A stretch of DNA of 64,000 nt from an uncultured bacterium. Its GTDB lineage: Bacteria; Patescibacteriota; Microgenomatia; Levybacterales; UBA12049. The translations under genes were made by a program, and so were the position numbers. Below, in pieces: positions 16,679-26,142 of the stretch. Every line of letters starts with the position of its first letter. Positions within the stretch are counted from its first letter, which is position 1. Where the stretch lies: contig CAWGXL010000011.1 of assembly GCA_963826535.1 (NCBI GenBank), positions 576,809-640,808 of the forward strand, written 5' to 3'. The notes below the pieces were generated by a model that saw nothing but the letters and a program-made list of their open reading frames with translations, ran no database searches and was not told the origin of the DNA.

Positions 16679-18856
16679 ATGCTTTTTCGTCCGGAGACTT
16701 CTTTGATGCCAAGTGTCCTGGCTTTATCGGGCTTCTTTATTGATAATTTTCCTCATATTTACTGGTATCCATATTGGTATTTGGGAAATCCGTTTCATTA
16801 TCTTATTGGCCCTGTGGCGCCGGTACTACTTATGTTTTTTACAGGAATTACACCTTTTTCTTTGTATTGTTTATATCTTGGTCTTATTGTAATAAGTGTT
16901 TTGGTTGGAGGATTTGGGATTTATTTGTTTGTTAGGGAGTGGGAGGAAGATAAGTTCAAAGTTCCCCACAAGGGGACTACCTTCTTCGAAGGGTCGCAAA
17001 GTTCAAAGTTTAAAGTTAAGGTTGGAAACTCGCATAGCGTGGCTTTGGATCAAAGTTACAAATTTGCTCCGGCTGCATTTATTTCGGGATTGTTGTATGT
17101 TTTGTTGCCGTTTTCGTGGTTTGGGTTGTATTACCAAAATGGTTTGAAGATGGTGGCTTTTGCGGTTATACCTTTTGTTTTTATTTTTTATAGAAGGTTT
17201 TTGCTTGCTCATGCCAAATCTTTATTTATTAATTATTTTTTTCTGGTTTTATTAATTGTTGTTTGTTTGCTGGTTACGATAAATGTTTTATTGCCGCTTA
17301 TAATTGGCGTGGCGGCAATATTTATTACTGTTGAAAGATTGCTTAACCGCGCAAAAATCTCCCCTGTTCCGCCCCTGTCAAGCAGGCGGCCTCCTCCCTT
17401 TGGTCGTCCGGCCCCCTCTTTAATAAAGAGGGAAACTCAATTAATTACACCCTTTAATAAAGGCGGAGAAGAGGGATTTCCCCGTAATGACAGTGCGTTG
17501 TGGGCATGGAGAGAGGAGAAAATAGTGCAAACTATAGTTGTTTTCTTTCTGGCTTTGAGTTTCGCAACCTTTTGGTATACACCCGGGTTTTGGTTTGTGC
17601 TGCTTACAAATCCTTCACTGGGTGGTGTACCTTTGTGGAACTTAATTGTTAATCTTTTTCATGCGGCTTTAAATTTTCTTCCTTTGATACTAGCAATACT
17701 GGTAGTAAAATGGCGGTCTCTTTCCTCTAAAAATCTGCGTGAAATTGGCGGGCGACGACCTTTCTTTTTCGCATTTTTGTTTTTCCTGTCCTTTTTATTT
17801 TTAACCATTGTCCGATTATTGGCTGATCCAAAATTTGTTATAGATTGGATCGGATTTTTTCCGGAACTGCAGTTTGGTGCGAGTATGCTAGGTGGTGTAT
17901 TGTGTGTTTGGTTGTTAGGAGGTAAGCGAGGTTTCAGCGGGCAAGAAAAAATTAAAATTTATTTATCGAGGGGGCTGGTGTTTGGGTTTGGAGCAATATT
18001 GGTGATTATAACCGGACTATTGATTTATAGTTTATTTTATTATTCAAAAAGTGACTATCAGAAACAAATACTTACTGTAATTCAACCGCATATAAAGGAT
18101 AAAAATGCAAGAGTTTTTTTGTCGGGTTCGGATGTTTTTTGGATTAATTCATTTTTGCCGCATATGCAAGTCCGGGGCGGGAATGAGGGAGGATCTATTC
18201 ATCCGTATTGGTCGCATGGTGCTTATCAAATTAGAGAAGGGGAAAAAGCAGCGCTTGCCGTGAATTGGTTAAAGATTTTTGGGAGTTCATATATCTTGCT
18301 TCACAAGCCTGAATCTTCCGATCCGTTTCATGATTTTAAACATCCGGAGAAATTTAAGCTTTTAGACTTATTGGCTGATAAAAACGGGGATATGCTGTAC
18401 AAGATTCCTAAGGCATATATTGCCCGTGTGGCAGACAGGAGCATTTTAGATTTAAAGAAACCAAAGGGCGGGGCAGATGAAAAAAGAGTTAGTGAATATG
18501 TAAGTAAATTTAAGCGTGAGGTTGGTTTTAACTATCTGTCGGGTGATACTTTTTCGGTAAAGAGTAATATTCTCAGCGGGGAAGTGATTAATTTGGCGTT
18601 GTCATATGATCCGTCATGGAAAATTGAGAGTGGCGAAGGACGAATTGTAGGTGATTCTTTGGGAAATTTGGTTATCGTGCCGAGTAGTACAGGAGTGCAG
18701 GAGTTTGTGCTTAAGTATGAAAAAGATAATGAATATTGGAAAACCTTGTTAGTTATTTTGATTTTAAGCGCGTTTCTTTGGAAATATAAATATATTTATC
18801 CGAGGCTGAGGAGATTGATGCCGAAGATTCATTTGGGGTTGGGTAAGGAGGAGTAA
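16679..18856 (+). CDS. Large polytopic membrane protein, YfhO-like / putative GT-C glycosyltransferase (paralog 1 of 5); carries an in-frame palindromic-element insertion
   Basis: About 12 TM helices in the N-terminal 450 aa, then a soluble C-terminal domain and a final TM helix (LLVILILSAFLW). The C-terminal block ...GDTFSVKSNILSGEVINLALSYDPSWKIESGEG parallels the ...GW.a.v.g...Y.P..f block of the other paralogs and of YfhO-family proteins. The insert at 17357..17494 encodes ISPVPPLSSRRPPPFGRPAPSLIKRETQLITPFNKGGEEGFPRNDS. Confidence 0.5.
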   Translation: MLFRPETSLMPSVLALSGFFIDNFPHIYWYPYWYLGNPFHYLIGPVAPVLLMFFTGITPFSLYCLYLGLIVISVLVGGFGIYLFVREWEEDKFKVPHKGTTFFEGSQSSKFKVKVGNSHSVALDQSYKFAPAAFISGLLYVLLPFSWFGLYYQNGLKMVAFAVIPFVFIFYRRFLLAHAKSLFINYFFLVLLIVVCLLVTINVLLPLIIGVAAIFITVERLLNRAKISPVPPLSSRRPPPFGRPAPSLIKRETQLITPFNKGGEEGFPRNDSALWAWREEKIVQTIVVFFLALSFATFWYTPGFWFVLLTNPSLGGVPLWNLIVNLFHAALNFLPLILAILVVKWRSLSSKNLREIGGRRPFFFAFLFFLSFLFLTIVRLLADPKFVIDWIGFFPELQFGASMLGGVLCVWLLGGKRGFSGQEKIKIYLSRGLVFGFGAILVIITGLLIYSLFYYSKSDYQKQILTVIQPHIKDKNARVFLSGSDVFWINSFLPHMQVRGGNEGGSIHPYWSHGAYQIREGEKAALAVNWLKIFGSSYILLHKPESSDPFHDFKHPEKFKLLDLLADKNGDMLYKIPKAYIARVADRSILDLKKPKGGADEKRVSEYVSKFKREVGFNYLSGDTFSVKSNILSGEVINLALSYDPSWKIESGEGRIVGDSLGNLVIVPSSTGVQEFVLKYEKDNEYWKTLLVILILSAFLWKYKYIYPRLRRLMPKIHLGLGKEE
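17357..17494. repeat. Composite palindromic element (~138 bp) inserted in-frame in the membrane-protein CDS
   Basis: It shares modules with the 3768..3849 copy (CCCTCTTTAATAAAGAGGG, CTCAATTAAT, CCCTTTAATAAAGG, GGGATTTCCCCGTAATGACAG right flank). It shares CCCCTGTCAAGCAGGCGG with 53012..53040 (CCCTTGTCAAGCAAGCGG). Confidence 0.7.
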
Positions 18857-18889
18857 ATGCAAGTATTGGGACGTTCCAATTACTTTCAA

Positions 18890-19690
18890 TTAAGCAGCAT
18901 TTTGTTTCGGAATGAATTGATGGCCTGGATGATTTTGCTCCCATGATTGTGATAAGGTCTGAAATTTATCGCGGAGCGATGTAACCTCTGCTTCTCCCAA
19001 TTGTATTTCATCACCATTTGATATTTTGCTACCTTCTGTTGGTATAATCTCGTATTTATTCATTAACGTTCTGACATCCCCGTATAATTTTTTAAACTCT
19101 GGGGATTGAATTGGCTTGTCAGCTAACATATACATTTGTAAATGGCTTGAATGGGGATCTGACTCTTCTTTTCTATTTTTTCTTTCTTTTTTCTGAAACT
19201 TTAGGTCTTCGTCCATTATATGGGAAGCGACTTGATAGACAAACTTATCCTGAGGTAATTCATTTGCATCATATATGTTCCCTTCATATCCTCCAAACCA
19301 CGACATATCCCGTGGGTTTGGCTTATCTTGGTAAACCCGGTTGAATACCATCATTAAGCGTCCCCATTGGGATCGAAAGCCTGCATTATTTTCTAGAGCA
19401 GCTTTATCATCTAATACAAGTTTTTCGCCAGTCGATTCATCAATCTGTTCTTTCATATGTTCTTCAGGAACGCGTAGCCGTTCAATTTGTGGCTTCATCC
19501 GAGCTTCAAGAGCATCAACAGAGCCTATACCATCTCTATCGTACTGTCTTGCGATATGAATTGATATTAATAGCTGAAGGGTTGGGTTACCCTGAGAATG
19601 GTGAAACGACCAAAAAAAGTTACCTAGTATCTTTCTATCTAGAGGTTTCAAACCGTTTGCATGTTCCAACCCTTCTTTTAGGCCGTCCAT
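18890..19690 (-). CDS. Hypothetical protein (266 aa, acidic/basic, coiled-coil rich)
   Basis: A long ORF with no recognisable motifs. It contains a low-complexity poly-pyrimidine tract (19175..19200, encoding KKERKNRKEES). Confidence 0.4.
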   Translation of the reverse strand: MDGLKEGLEHANGLKPLDRKILGNFFWSFHHSQGNPTLQLLISIHIARQYDRDGIGSVDALEARMKPQIERLRVPEEHMKEQIDESTGEKLVLDDKAALENNAGFRSQWGRLMMVFNRVYQDKPNPRDMSWFGGYEGNIYDANELPQDKFVYQVASHIMDEDLKFQKKERKNRKEESDPHSSHLQMYMLADKPIQSPEFKKLYGDVRTLMNKYEIIPTEGSKISNGDEIQLGEAEVTSLRDKFQTLSQSWEQNHPGHQFIPKQNAA

Positions 19691-19781
19691 AATTTAATTA
19701 TATCATTCCCTAGGGTAAATCTGAAAAATCTAGAAAGGATAACTTGCATTTTGGGATTTCTCCTCGGTATTATTAATTAGT

Positions 19782-21104
19782 ATGGAAAAAAATGCGGATA
19801 TTAAGCGGGGAGTGGATTTTGAGACGCGGGTGGATGCTGCTTTGTCGCTTAGTGAGGCGATTGCCTGGTGGAAAGGGGGGCGGCTTAATAAGAGGACTCT
19901 TTTATTCCTGTTGTCTGTTTGTATATTAAATATTATTATTGTTTTTCCGATTTTTGGGCGTGATTTGACTTCAGCGTATTCATCGAGTTCATTTTTGGTT
20001 TTGATAAGTGAATTTTTTCAGAGGTTAAATCTTTCGCAACATGCCTTTTTTTCTGTTCTGACTTTTTTTTCTTTGACTTTTGCTCCAATCAGCATTTATC
20101 TTTTTGTCCGGAAAATAACAATGAGGAATGAGATAACTGCTTTAATCTCAACTTTACTTTTTATTCTGCCTAATCCATTTTTGGGAAATGTACCTATTCT
20201 TGTAGCAGCAGTTTTAAAGGGAGACGGGGCACATGTTATGGCGGTTTCTTTTATTCCGTTTTTTCTTCTCTATGTGCAAATGTTTATTGCGACGGGAGTT
20301 CCGGTACTTTTTTTCCTGACCGCGATCGGGATTTCATATATCGCAGTTATATCGCCTTTCGCAGCATTTAATTTCATTATTATTTTTGGCGTTTTGATAA
20401 TCGCGGAAGGATTTCAGGGGAATTTGCGTATTAAAGTTATCCGGGCTTTCATTTTATTGCTAACTGCAGGTGGCTTGTCCATTTTTTGGTATTATCCGAG
20501 TACGGTGTTAAAATTTGTGGAATCGCCTTATATTCAAACCACAATGGATAAGTTTTTAGGGATACTGCCGGCCGCAATTCCAATTATTCCTGTGGCCGGA
20601 GCTTTGTCATTTCTTATTTTTGACCGACGGGCGCAATTGAAGCCGGTTTTTTTAAGTTTGTCTATTTTTTTAATATATGTTTCGTTGTACTTTGTAAATA
20701 GCCAGTTGAGTATAGTTGGAATATTTAGCGCGGAGCGATATTTGCCGGAGCTTACTTTGTCCGCATCGTTGATTCTGGCGATACTTTTTGTGCTATTACT
20801 AGAGCTTGTTATCAGGCGTGCGTATGCGAAAATGAACGCGAGACATGTGTTTTTTGGTTTTATGTTTTTGATTACTTTTGGAGTTGCTATTGTTGGTTTT
20901 ATGACTTTTTCAGGGATCGGTACAGTGCATGCATTTATACAGACAGAACAAATTATTGGAAGTTATAATGAAGGTGTTTTTGGGCTGGGAGGGTTTATTG
21001 ATTTGCGTGATATAACTTCAATTGGCGCAAGTTTAGTGTCTTTGATTACTTTTGCTTTTTTAGTATATATTTTGCGTAAGTATCCTTCGGTTGTGAAGAG
21101 GTGA
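19782..21104 (+). CDS. Polytopic membrane protein (440 aa, about 12 TM); a possible Wzy-type polymerase or a TM-only relative of the YfhO-like paralogs
   Basis: The translation is uniformly hydrophobic with short loops. It has no soluble C-terminal domain. Confidence 0.45.
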   Translation: MEKNADIKRGVDFETRVDAALSLSEAIAWWKGGRLNKRTLLFLLSVCILNIIIVFPIFGRDLTSAYSSSSFLVLISEFFQRLNLSQHAFFSVLTFFSLTFAPISIYLFVRKITMRNEITALISTLLFILPNPFLGNVPILVAAVLKGDGAHVMAVSFIPFFLLYVQMFIATGVPVLFFLTAIGISYIAVISPFAAFNFIIIFGVLIIAEGFQGNLRIKVIRAFILLLTAGGLSIFWYYPSTVLKFVESPYIQTTMDKFLGILPAAIPIIPVAGALSFLIFDRRAQLKPVFLSLSIFLIYVSLYFVNSQLSIVGIFSAERYLPELTLSASLILAILFVLLLELVIRRAYAKMNARHVFFGFMFLITFGVAIVGFMTFSGIGTVHAFIQTEQIIGSYNEGVFGLGGFIDLRDITSIGASLVSLITFAFLVYILRKYPSVVKR

Positions 21105-21346
21105 AATATTAATATTGCTTCTTTTTATTTCGCGATGAATACACTTTTTCTAGTCATCGGACCTTTAACTATTTGTGAAAATGATGCCTAAGAATTAGTT
21201 GCTTATTACATTTAAGTTAATATTGCCTATCATTCATTCCTACGAAAAAGTGTATTCCTCGCTTTATTTTTACTCATATATTATCTTTTGGCGATATGTT
21301 GAATATAAGTATTAATAATTTTTGCAAAACCTGCTAAGATGGGGTT

Positions 21347-23458
21347 GTGAGGGCGGCAAAATTTTTATTGGGGTTACTTCTTGTATTGGCGAGTATTGCC
21401 GCTATTCTTTGGGTTAATTTTCAAATTATTGGCGGATGGTTTGGAAAGAATGGGCCGGCTGATGTGGGATCGATCGAGGTTTCGTATGTTTCGATGGCGA
21501 GGTTTATAGTTGATTTCGGTTCGCCATTTACAGGGTCCAGTTGGAATCCGTTATGGTATTTTGGATTTCCAACGCATTTGTTTTATACGCCTCTTCTACC
21601 TTTTCTAGAAGTTTTTCTGCATTTGTTAAATGGCACACCTTTGTGGGCTGCGTACAGATTTGTTACGGGGCTCGGTTTTATTCTCGCGCCTGTTTCGTTA
21701 TTTTTTCTGGGGTGGCTGTTGTCGAGGCGGGTAATTGGAGGGGCGATTGCCGGTATGTTATTTTCGGTAAGCCCGACTATTTTTTATTGGTTGAATAGCG
21801 GGGTAGCGGGTGATAAGTTTTCGTCTGATTTCTGGGATCCGCGGAGATTTACAATTTTGGTGAGATGGGGCGAGGGGCCGCATATATTGTCATTGGTGTT
21901 TGTACCATTGGTCGGTGTTTGTTTTGCAAGATATCTGGAGACAAAGAAATTTTACTGGTTGCTGCTTGCGGCAATTTGCTTGGGTCTGGCAGGCTTGACC
22001 AATGCCATTGGGCTTTTTGCGAGTATTCTCATTATTGTTGTGATGAGTTTTGTTAAATACGCACAGCAGCCGGCGTCACGAAACACAACTATGCGTGCCG
22101 GATTTTTCACAGGAGTTTTGGCTTTTGGTCTTATTTCATTCTGGTACAATTTGTCATTTATTTTAAATTTTTTTGCCGAGGGTGGGGGGACCGGAAAAAT
22201 GCTGGTCGAGTTATTTCCCTGGGGTTGGATCGCCGGGATTTTCGCTATTATTTTTGTTTATTTTATATTTAATAAAGTTATACGGCATTTTGGTCTGGCT
22301 GTGTCACTTTTGTGGTTTGCGATTTTCTTCACAGTTGTTTATGTCTATTATTCTACGGAAACAATCGAGCTTTTGCCGCAGGCGCTGCGTTACAATGTTG
22401 AAGTTGATATGAGTTTGTCGCTGTTGTTGGGGGTTGGATTTGCGGGAATAGTGGATTTGTTAGCTAAGAGAGCAAGAGTATTAGGGTATGCGGTTCAAGG
22501 GATAGGCTTTTTATGTATCTTAGGTTTCGTAGGGTATATTCAACCATTTATTCCGACTGCTTACAAAGCCGCAAGTAATGTTGTAGATATTAAAAAAACA
22601 GGTGAATACGAAATTGCTACATGGCTTGATGCTCATGTAGAAACGCAGATAGGAACGAGGGTTTTTGTGCCGGGCAATTATGGATTCTATCTGAATTATT
22701 TTACAAACTTATGGCAGCATAGAGGTGCGCTTTTCCAGGCGGCAATTCATTCCTGGCCTGAACATATGCATTATCAAATGGCAACCGGAAAAAATGCCGA
22801 AATCGCCCACGCATGGCTGGTTATAGCAAATGCGAAATTTGTTGTAGTTTCGGCCAGGGAGATGTATCACGAAATAAAGTATCCCGAGAGGTTCCGTAAT
22901 TATGAAGTAGTTTATGATCAAAATGGAGATATAATTTATGAAGTGCCCCTCAAAAGATCATCAGTTGCGAAGCCGGTAAATTTGGCACAACTCGCAAGAC
23001 TAACTACTCCGGAGAAAGGTGATGATAAAAAAGCGCTTCTTGCTTATGCAGATTGGGTCGAGAATTCGTCTGTAAAAACGACGCACTTTACTATTGTGAA
23101 TAATGACACATATAAGATTGAGGGAACAGTTGGAGAAGGGGAGGGGATATTGGTTCAAATGGCAGCAGATAGCGGTTGGAGAGCGAAAGATAATTTGACA
23201 GGAAAGGGAATAAATATTAAGACAGACCCTATGGACTTTATGGTACTTACCCCGCAAGTCCCGCTAAGCGGGATTGGGGACGGTCCTGTTGACATTACAT
23301 TGACCCATGGAAAGAGTTTAGATGAATGGGTGGGGTATTTAGTATCTCTGGGAACTGTGGTGTTTGTAGTGTGGTATGGGGTTGTCGGGAGGAAATATCT
23401 GCATTTTTCAAAAGTGATAAATAGTAAAAAAGAAGTGGAGAAAAAAAGAGATAATTAA
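21347..23458 (+). CDS. Large polytopic membrane protein, YfhO-like / putative GT-C glycosyltransferase (paralog 2)
   Basis: N-terminal TM bundle (…SWNPLWYFGFPTHLFYTPLLPFLEVF…), then a soluble domain with THFTIVNNDTYKIEGTVGEGEGILVQMAADSGWRAKDN...GPVDITLTHG and a final TM (LVSLGTVVFVVWYGVV). The architecture parallels 16679, 33987, 36950 and 43186. Confidence 0.5.
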   Translation: MRAAKFLLGLLLVLASIAAILWVNFQIIGGWFGKNGPADVGSIEVSYVSMARFIVDFGSPFTGSSWNPLWYFGFPTHLFYTPLLPFLEVFLHLLNGTPLWAAYRFVTGLGFILAPVSLFFLGWLLSRRVIGGAIAGMLFSVSPTIFYWLNSGVAGDKFSSDFWDPRRFTILVRWGEGPHILSLVFVPLVGVCFARYLETKKFYWLLLAAICLGLAGLTNAIGLFASILIIVVMSFVKYAQQPASRNTTMRAGFFTGVLAFGLISFWYNLSFILNFFAEGGGTGKMLVELFPWGWIAGIFAIIFVYFIFNKVIRHFGLAVSLLWFAIFFTVVYVYYSTETIELLPQALRYNVEVDMSLSLLLGVGFAGIVDLLAKRARVLGYAVQGIGFLCILGFVGYIQPFIPTAYKAASNVVDIKKTGEYEIATWLDAHVETQIGTRVFVPGNYGFYLNYFTNLWQHRGALFQAAIHSWPEHMHYQMATGKNAEIAHAWLVIANAKFVVVSAREMYHEIKYPERFRNYEVVYDQNGDIIYEVPLKRSSVAKPVNLAQLARLTTPEKGDDKKALLAYADWVENSSVKTTHFTIVNNDTYKIEGTVGEGEGILVQMAADSGWRAKDNLTGKGINIKTDPMDFMVLTPQVPLSGIGDGPVDITLTHGKSLDEWVGYLVSLGTVVFVVWYGVVGRKYLHFSKVINSKKEVEKKRDN

Positions 23459-23466
23459 ATTTTATA

Positions 23467-24138
23467 TCATCTTTGATGAGAACCTGTGGCTTTGGAGTGA
23501 GATTGCTTTACTTCATCTTTTTCAAAAATAATCATACTATCATAAATATGAATACTTTTCAGAGTGCGCGTAATGTCGTTAATTTTTAATCTATGATCAC
23601 GCGCATGCCATGCGTGAATCTGGTCTATTAGATCTTTTGTAAATTCTATAAATGTGCCATTTTTTTTATATCCACCTCCAAAATCCTTCCAGTAACTGGT
23701 ATGTAAGTCTTCTGTAACATAAATACCCCTACTTTTAATTGCGGGAAATATTTTCTGAAAAGTAATAATTTGCTGCTTCATGAAATGTCCGCCGTCATCA
23801 ATCACAATGTCTATCTCCCCCGTATTTTTAATTAGATTTTTTAGGAAAGAACTATCGCTCTGATCTCCGATGTGGATTTCAATTTGGTCTTCTATTACAT
23901 CCTTACACCGGGAATCGATGTCAACTCCAATTATTTTGGCTTTCTTGCCAAAATAGTGTTTCCACATTTGAAGTGACCCGCCGTAAGCTACACCAAATTC
24001 AAGTACTGTCACTTCTTTTCCGCGATATTTTGAAAAGTATTGGTGATAGATGTCAAAATAATGAACCCACTTGATTATTCCACGTTTTTTATTATTTCGA
24101 AAATATTTCTCAAGAGGATTAGAGGTAGACGAGTGCAT
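23467..24138 (-). CDS. Class I SAM-dependent methyltransferase, CmcI/TylF-like (sugar O-methyltransferase family)
   Basis: WVHYFDIYHQYFSKYRGKEVTVLEFGVAYGGSLQMW matches the CmcI (cephalosporin hydroxylase / rhamnosyl O-methyltransferase) N-terminal block; GVDID and IVIDDGGH follow. Confidence 0.65.
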   Translation of the reverse strand: MHSSTSNPLEKYFRNNKKRGIIKWVHYFDIYHQYFSKYRGKEVTVLEFGVAYGGSLQMWKHYFGKKAKIIGVDIDSRCKDVIEDQIEIHIGDQSDSSFLKNLIKNTGEIDIVIDDGGHFMKQQIITFQKIFPAIKSRGIYVTEDLHTSYWKDFGGGYKKNGTFIEFTKDLIDQIHAWHARDHRLKINDITRTLKSIHIYDSMIIFEKDEVKQSHSKATGSHQR

Positions 24139-24294
24139 TATTAAATTATTATAGCAGGATTTATTTTATGTGTAATATTTTTACAGTATGACAAAAAGTA
24201 AAAATAATGGCCCTCTTATCTGTAATGTGACCGTTGCCTATAAAGATGATAAAGACCTCTCCGGACTTTTACAGAGTATTGAGCAGTTTGAAAA

Positions 24295-25398
24295 TCAGAA
24301 TTTTTCTTCCGAGGGCTTAGTGCCTTTTATTATTTTTATTAACTGCTGAACCCTCAAGCCTTCCTTTATAGACGGTTTCATTTGTTGCTTATTTATGCAC
24401 GCAAGCGTAAACCTTTCGGCTATCTTTTTTATAACCTCAACTCTTGCTTTTTCGTCAGTCTTTGTGGAAATATTAGTTTTAGATTCTGGATTCCCGCCTT
24501 CGCGGGAATGACGATTGCGTAAGGCGTAAATAATTGGTTTTTTTCCATTATCGGTATAAATTGTGATTATAAAGTTTTTGACAAAACCGTTTTTGTTTTC
24601 GAGTATTATTGTTCCTCTTTTACATTTAAATATTAGTTGATGTCGGTTAAGTCCAACTGTATCGCAAGAAAGGTGAGCCATGCCGCGAGTTTTATTTTTG
24701 AAACCGAATAAAAGATCTACACCTACTTCTGCTTTGTTTAAGCTTTTTTTAGAATAAGAGAAATTACTTTTGATATCGTTTATTTCTCCACCAAAATATT
24801 CCAAATAATAAAGAGTGTGAGAAAAGTAGAAAGACAAGGCACCCCCTCCAATGGATGGGTCAGTTTTCCATGTTGAAATTTTGTTTTTAAGATCGAAGCT
24901 CAGAAAATTCCAGTTGACTGTAATATGTTTTAGTTTTCCGTACTTATTATTATCTAGTAATTTTTTTACTTTTATCCATTCATCTATTTCGGGGAAAATA
25001 AAATCGACCGCGTGGGTAATTTTATATTTAACAGCCAGAGCATAAAGAATCTTTGCGTGTTCATAGGTGTCTGCAAGAGGTTTTTCAGCAAATATATGAA
25101 TTCCTTTTTGTATCGCGGTTTTTGCAATAGTGTATTGCGCGGCTGGGGTGACTGCTATTGCAAGCGCGTCTAATTTTTCCTTATCAAGCATTTCCCGCCA
25201 GTCGGTATAAGTATTTTTTAATCCCAGGCTAAAATAATATTTGGATAAGCGCTGCGGGTTATTTGCGCAGACGGCAACTATTGTGCAATTTTTTAGTGAA
25301 TAAAAAGCGGGAAGAAGTCCATATAAGCCAAAGCCGGAACCTATAATGCCAACTTTTATAATAGCCATTTGGAGTATTATATGGCAAAAAGGTATCAT
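24295..25398 (-). CDS. Gfo/Idh/MocA-family NAD(P)-dependent oxidoreductase (sugar dehydrogenase/ketoreductase) with an in-frame palindromic-element insertion; the likely true start is the internal Met (MAIIKVGIIGSG, near 25368)
   Basis: Rossmann motif KVGIIGSGFG, FAEKPLA and a C-terminal EGLRVQQLIKIIK. The element copy at 24486..24513 encodes RHSREGGNPES. Confidence 0.75.
   Translation of the reverse strand: MIPFCHIILQMAIIKVGIIGSGFGLYGLLPAFYSLKNCTIVAVCANNPQRLSKYYFSLGLKNTYTDWREMLDKEKLDALAIAVTPAAQYTIAKTAIQKGIHIFAEKPLADTYEHAKILYALAVKYKITHAVDFIFPEIDEWIKVKKLLDNNKYGKLKHITVNWNFLSFDLKNKISTWKTDPSIGGGALSFYFSHTLYYLEYFGGEINDIKSNFSYSKKSLNKAEVGVDLLFGFKNKTRGMAHLSCDTVGLNRHQLIFKCKRGTIILENKNGFVKNFIITIYTDNGKKPIIYALRNRHSREGGNPESKTNISTKTDEKARVEVIKKIAERFTLACINKQQMKPSIKEGLRVQQLIKIIKGTKPSEEKF
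24486..24513. repeat. Palindromic repeat element, copy B (CTGGATTCCCGCCTTCGCGGGAATGACG), in-frame inside the oxidoreductase CDS
   Basis: The same conserved flanks and stem as copy A; the stem is ATTCCCGC/GCGGGAAT. Confidence 0.8.
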
Positions 25399-25419
25399 TT
25401 GGTATAATAGCGTTTAAAG

Positions 25420-26097
25420 ATGAAGCTATTTACTATTCGTCATGGTGCTTATGAAGATAAATTTGATAGTCAGGGAAGAAAACTTATTCATACTCCTGAT
25501 TCTGCATTAGATACATTAGGCAGACTGCAAACATACCAGTTGTGTAAGATATTCAAAATACGGGGAATTACTTTTGACGCAATCTATACCAGTCCCTATA
25601 GGAGAGCTAAAGAAATGGCAGGTTTGGCAGCTAGAAGTTTAAATATTCATAAAGTTTCTGAAATTGATGGGCTTAAGGATGTATTTCCAAATAGCGCAAA
25701 CGGTAAGCCATGGGAAGATCTTGAGAAAATTGGGGGTGATATATATGCTTATCCATTGGACGATGATCCACAAGAAAGTCTCAATCAGCTTGTTGACAGG
25801 TCCAGGCGAACAATAAGAGATATCATTGCTGAGGTAAGAGAAAAAAATTTTCAATCGATTGCATATGTATCTCACGGTGATACGATTTCAGCTATTGACT
25901 GGGCTCTGCGTAATTCAGAGAACCCAACTTTTTATGGTGAAATGAAACGTGCATTTTATCTGCAGAAAGCTGAGGCATTTGGGTACACACTTGACGCAAG
26001 CATGAGATTATCTGCTGAGGGGAAAATAATTACACTTGAGGCAGCGAAAGAAAGCATTGAGGGTTTCAGGGGTTTTAGAAACAGTAAAGAGATGTAA
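25420..26097 (+). CDS. Histidine phosphatase superfamily (phosphoglycerate-mutase-like) phosphatase
   Basis: RHG motif (FTIRHGAY), SPYRRAKEMA and a second His block, VSHGDTI. Confidence 0.75.
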   Translation: MKLFTIRHGAYEDKFDSQGRKLIHTPDSALDTLGRLQTYQLCKIFKIRGITFDAIYTSPYRRAKEMAGLAARSLNIHKVSEIDGLKDVFPNSANGKPWEDLEKIGGDIYAYPLDDDPQESLNQLVDRSRRTIRDIIAEVREKNFQSIAYVSHGDTISAIDWALRNSENPTFYGEMKRAFYLQKAEAFGYTLDASMRLSAEGKIITLEAAKESIEGFRGFRNSKEM

Positions 26098-26142
26098 TTT
26101 GGAACCCACGGGACTAATCGCGGCGTAGTTTTAGTCTCGATA

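Noticed and set aside
24187-24351. A ~55-codon plus-strand ORF in the gap between 23467..24138 and 24295..25398
   Set aside because: It is short, overlaps the 3' end of the oxidoreductase gene and has no recognisable features.
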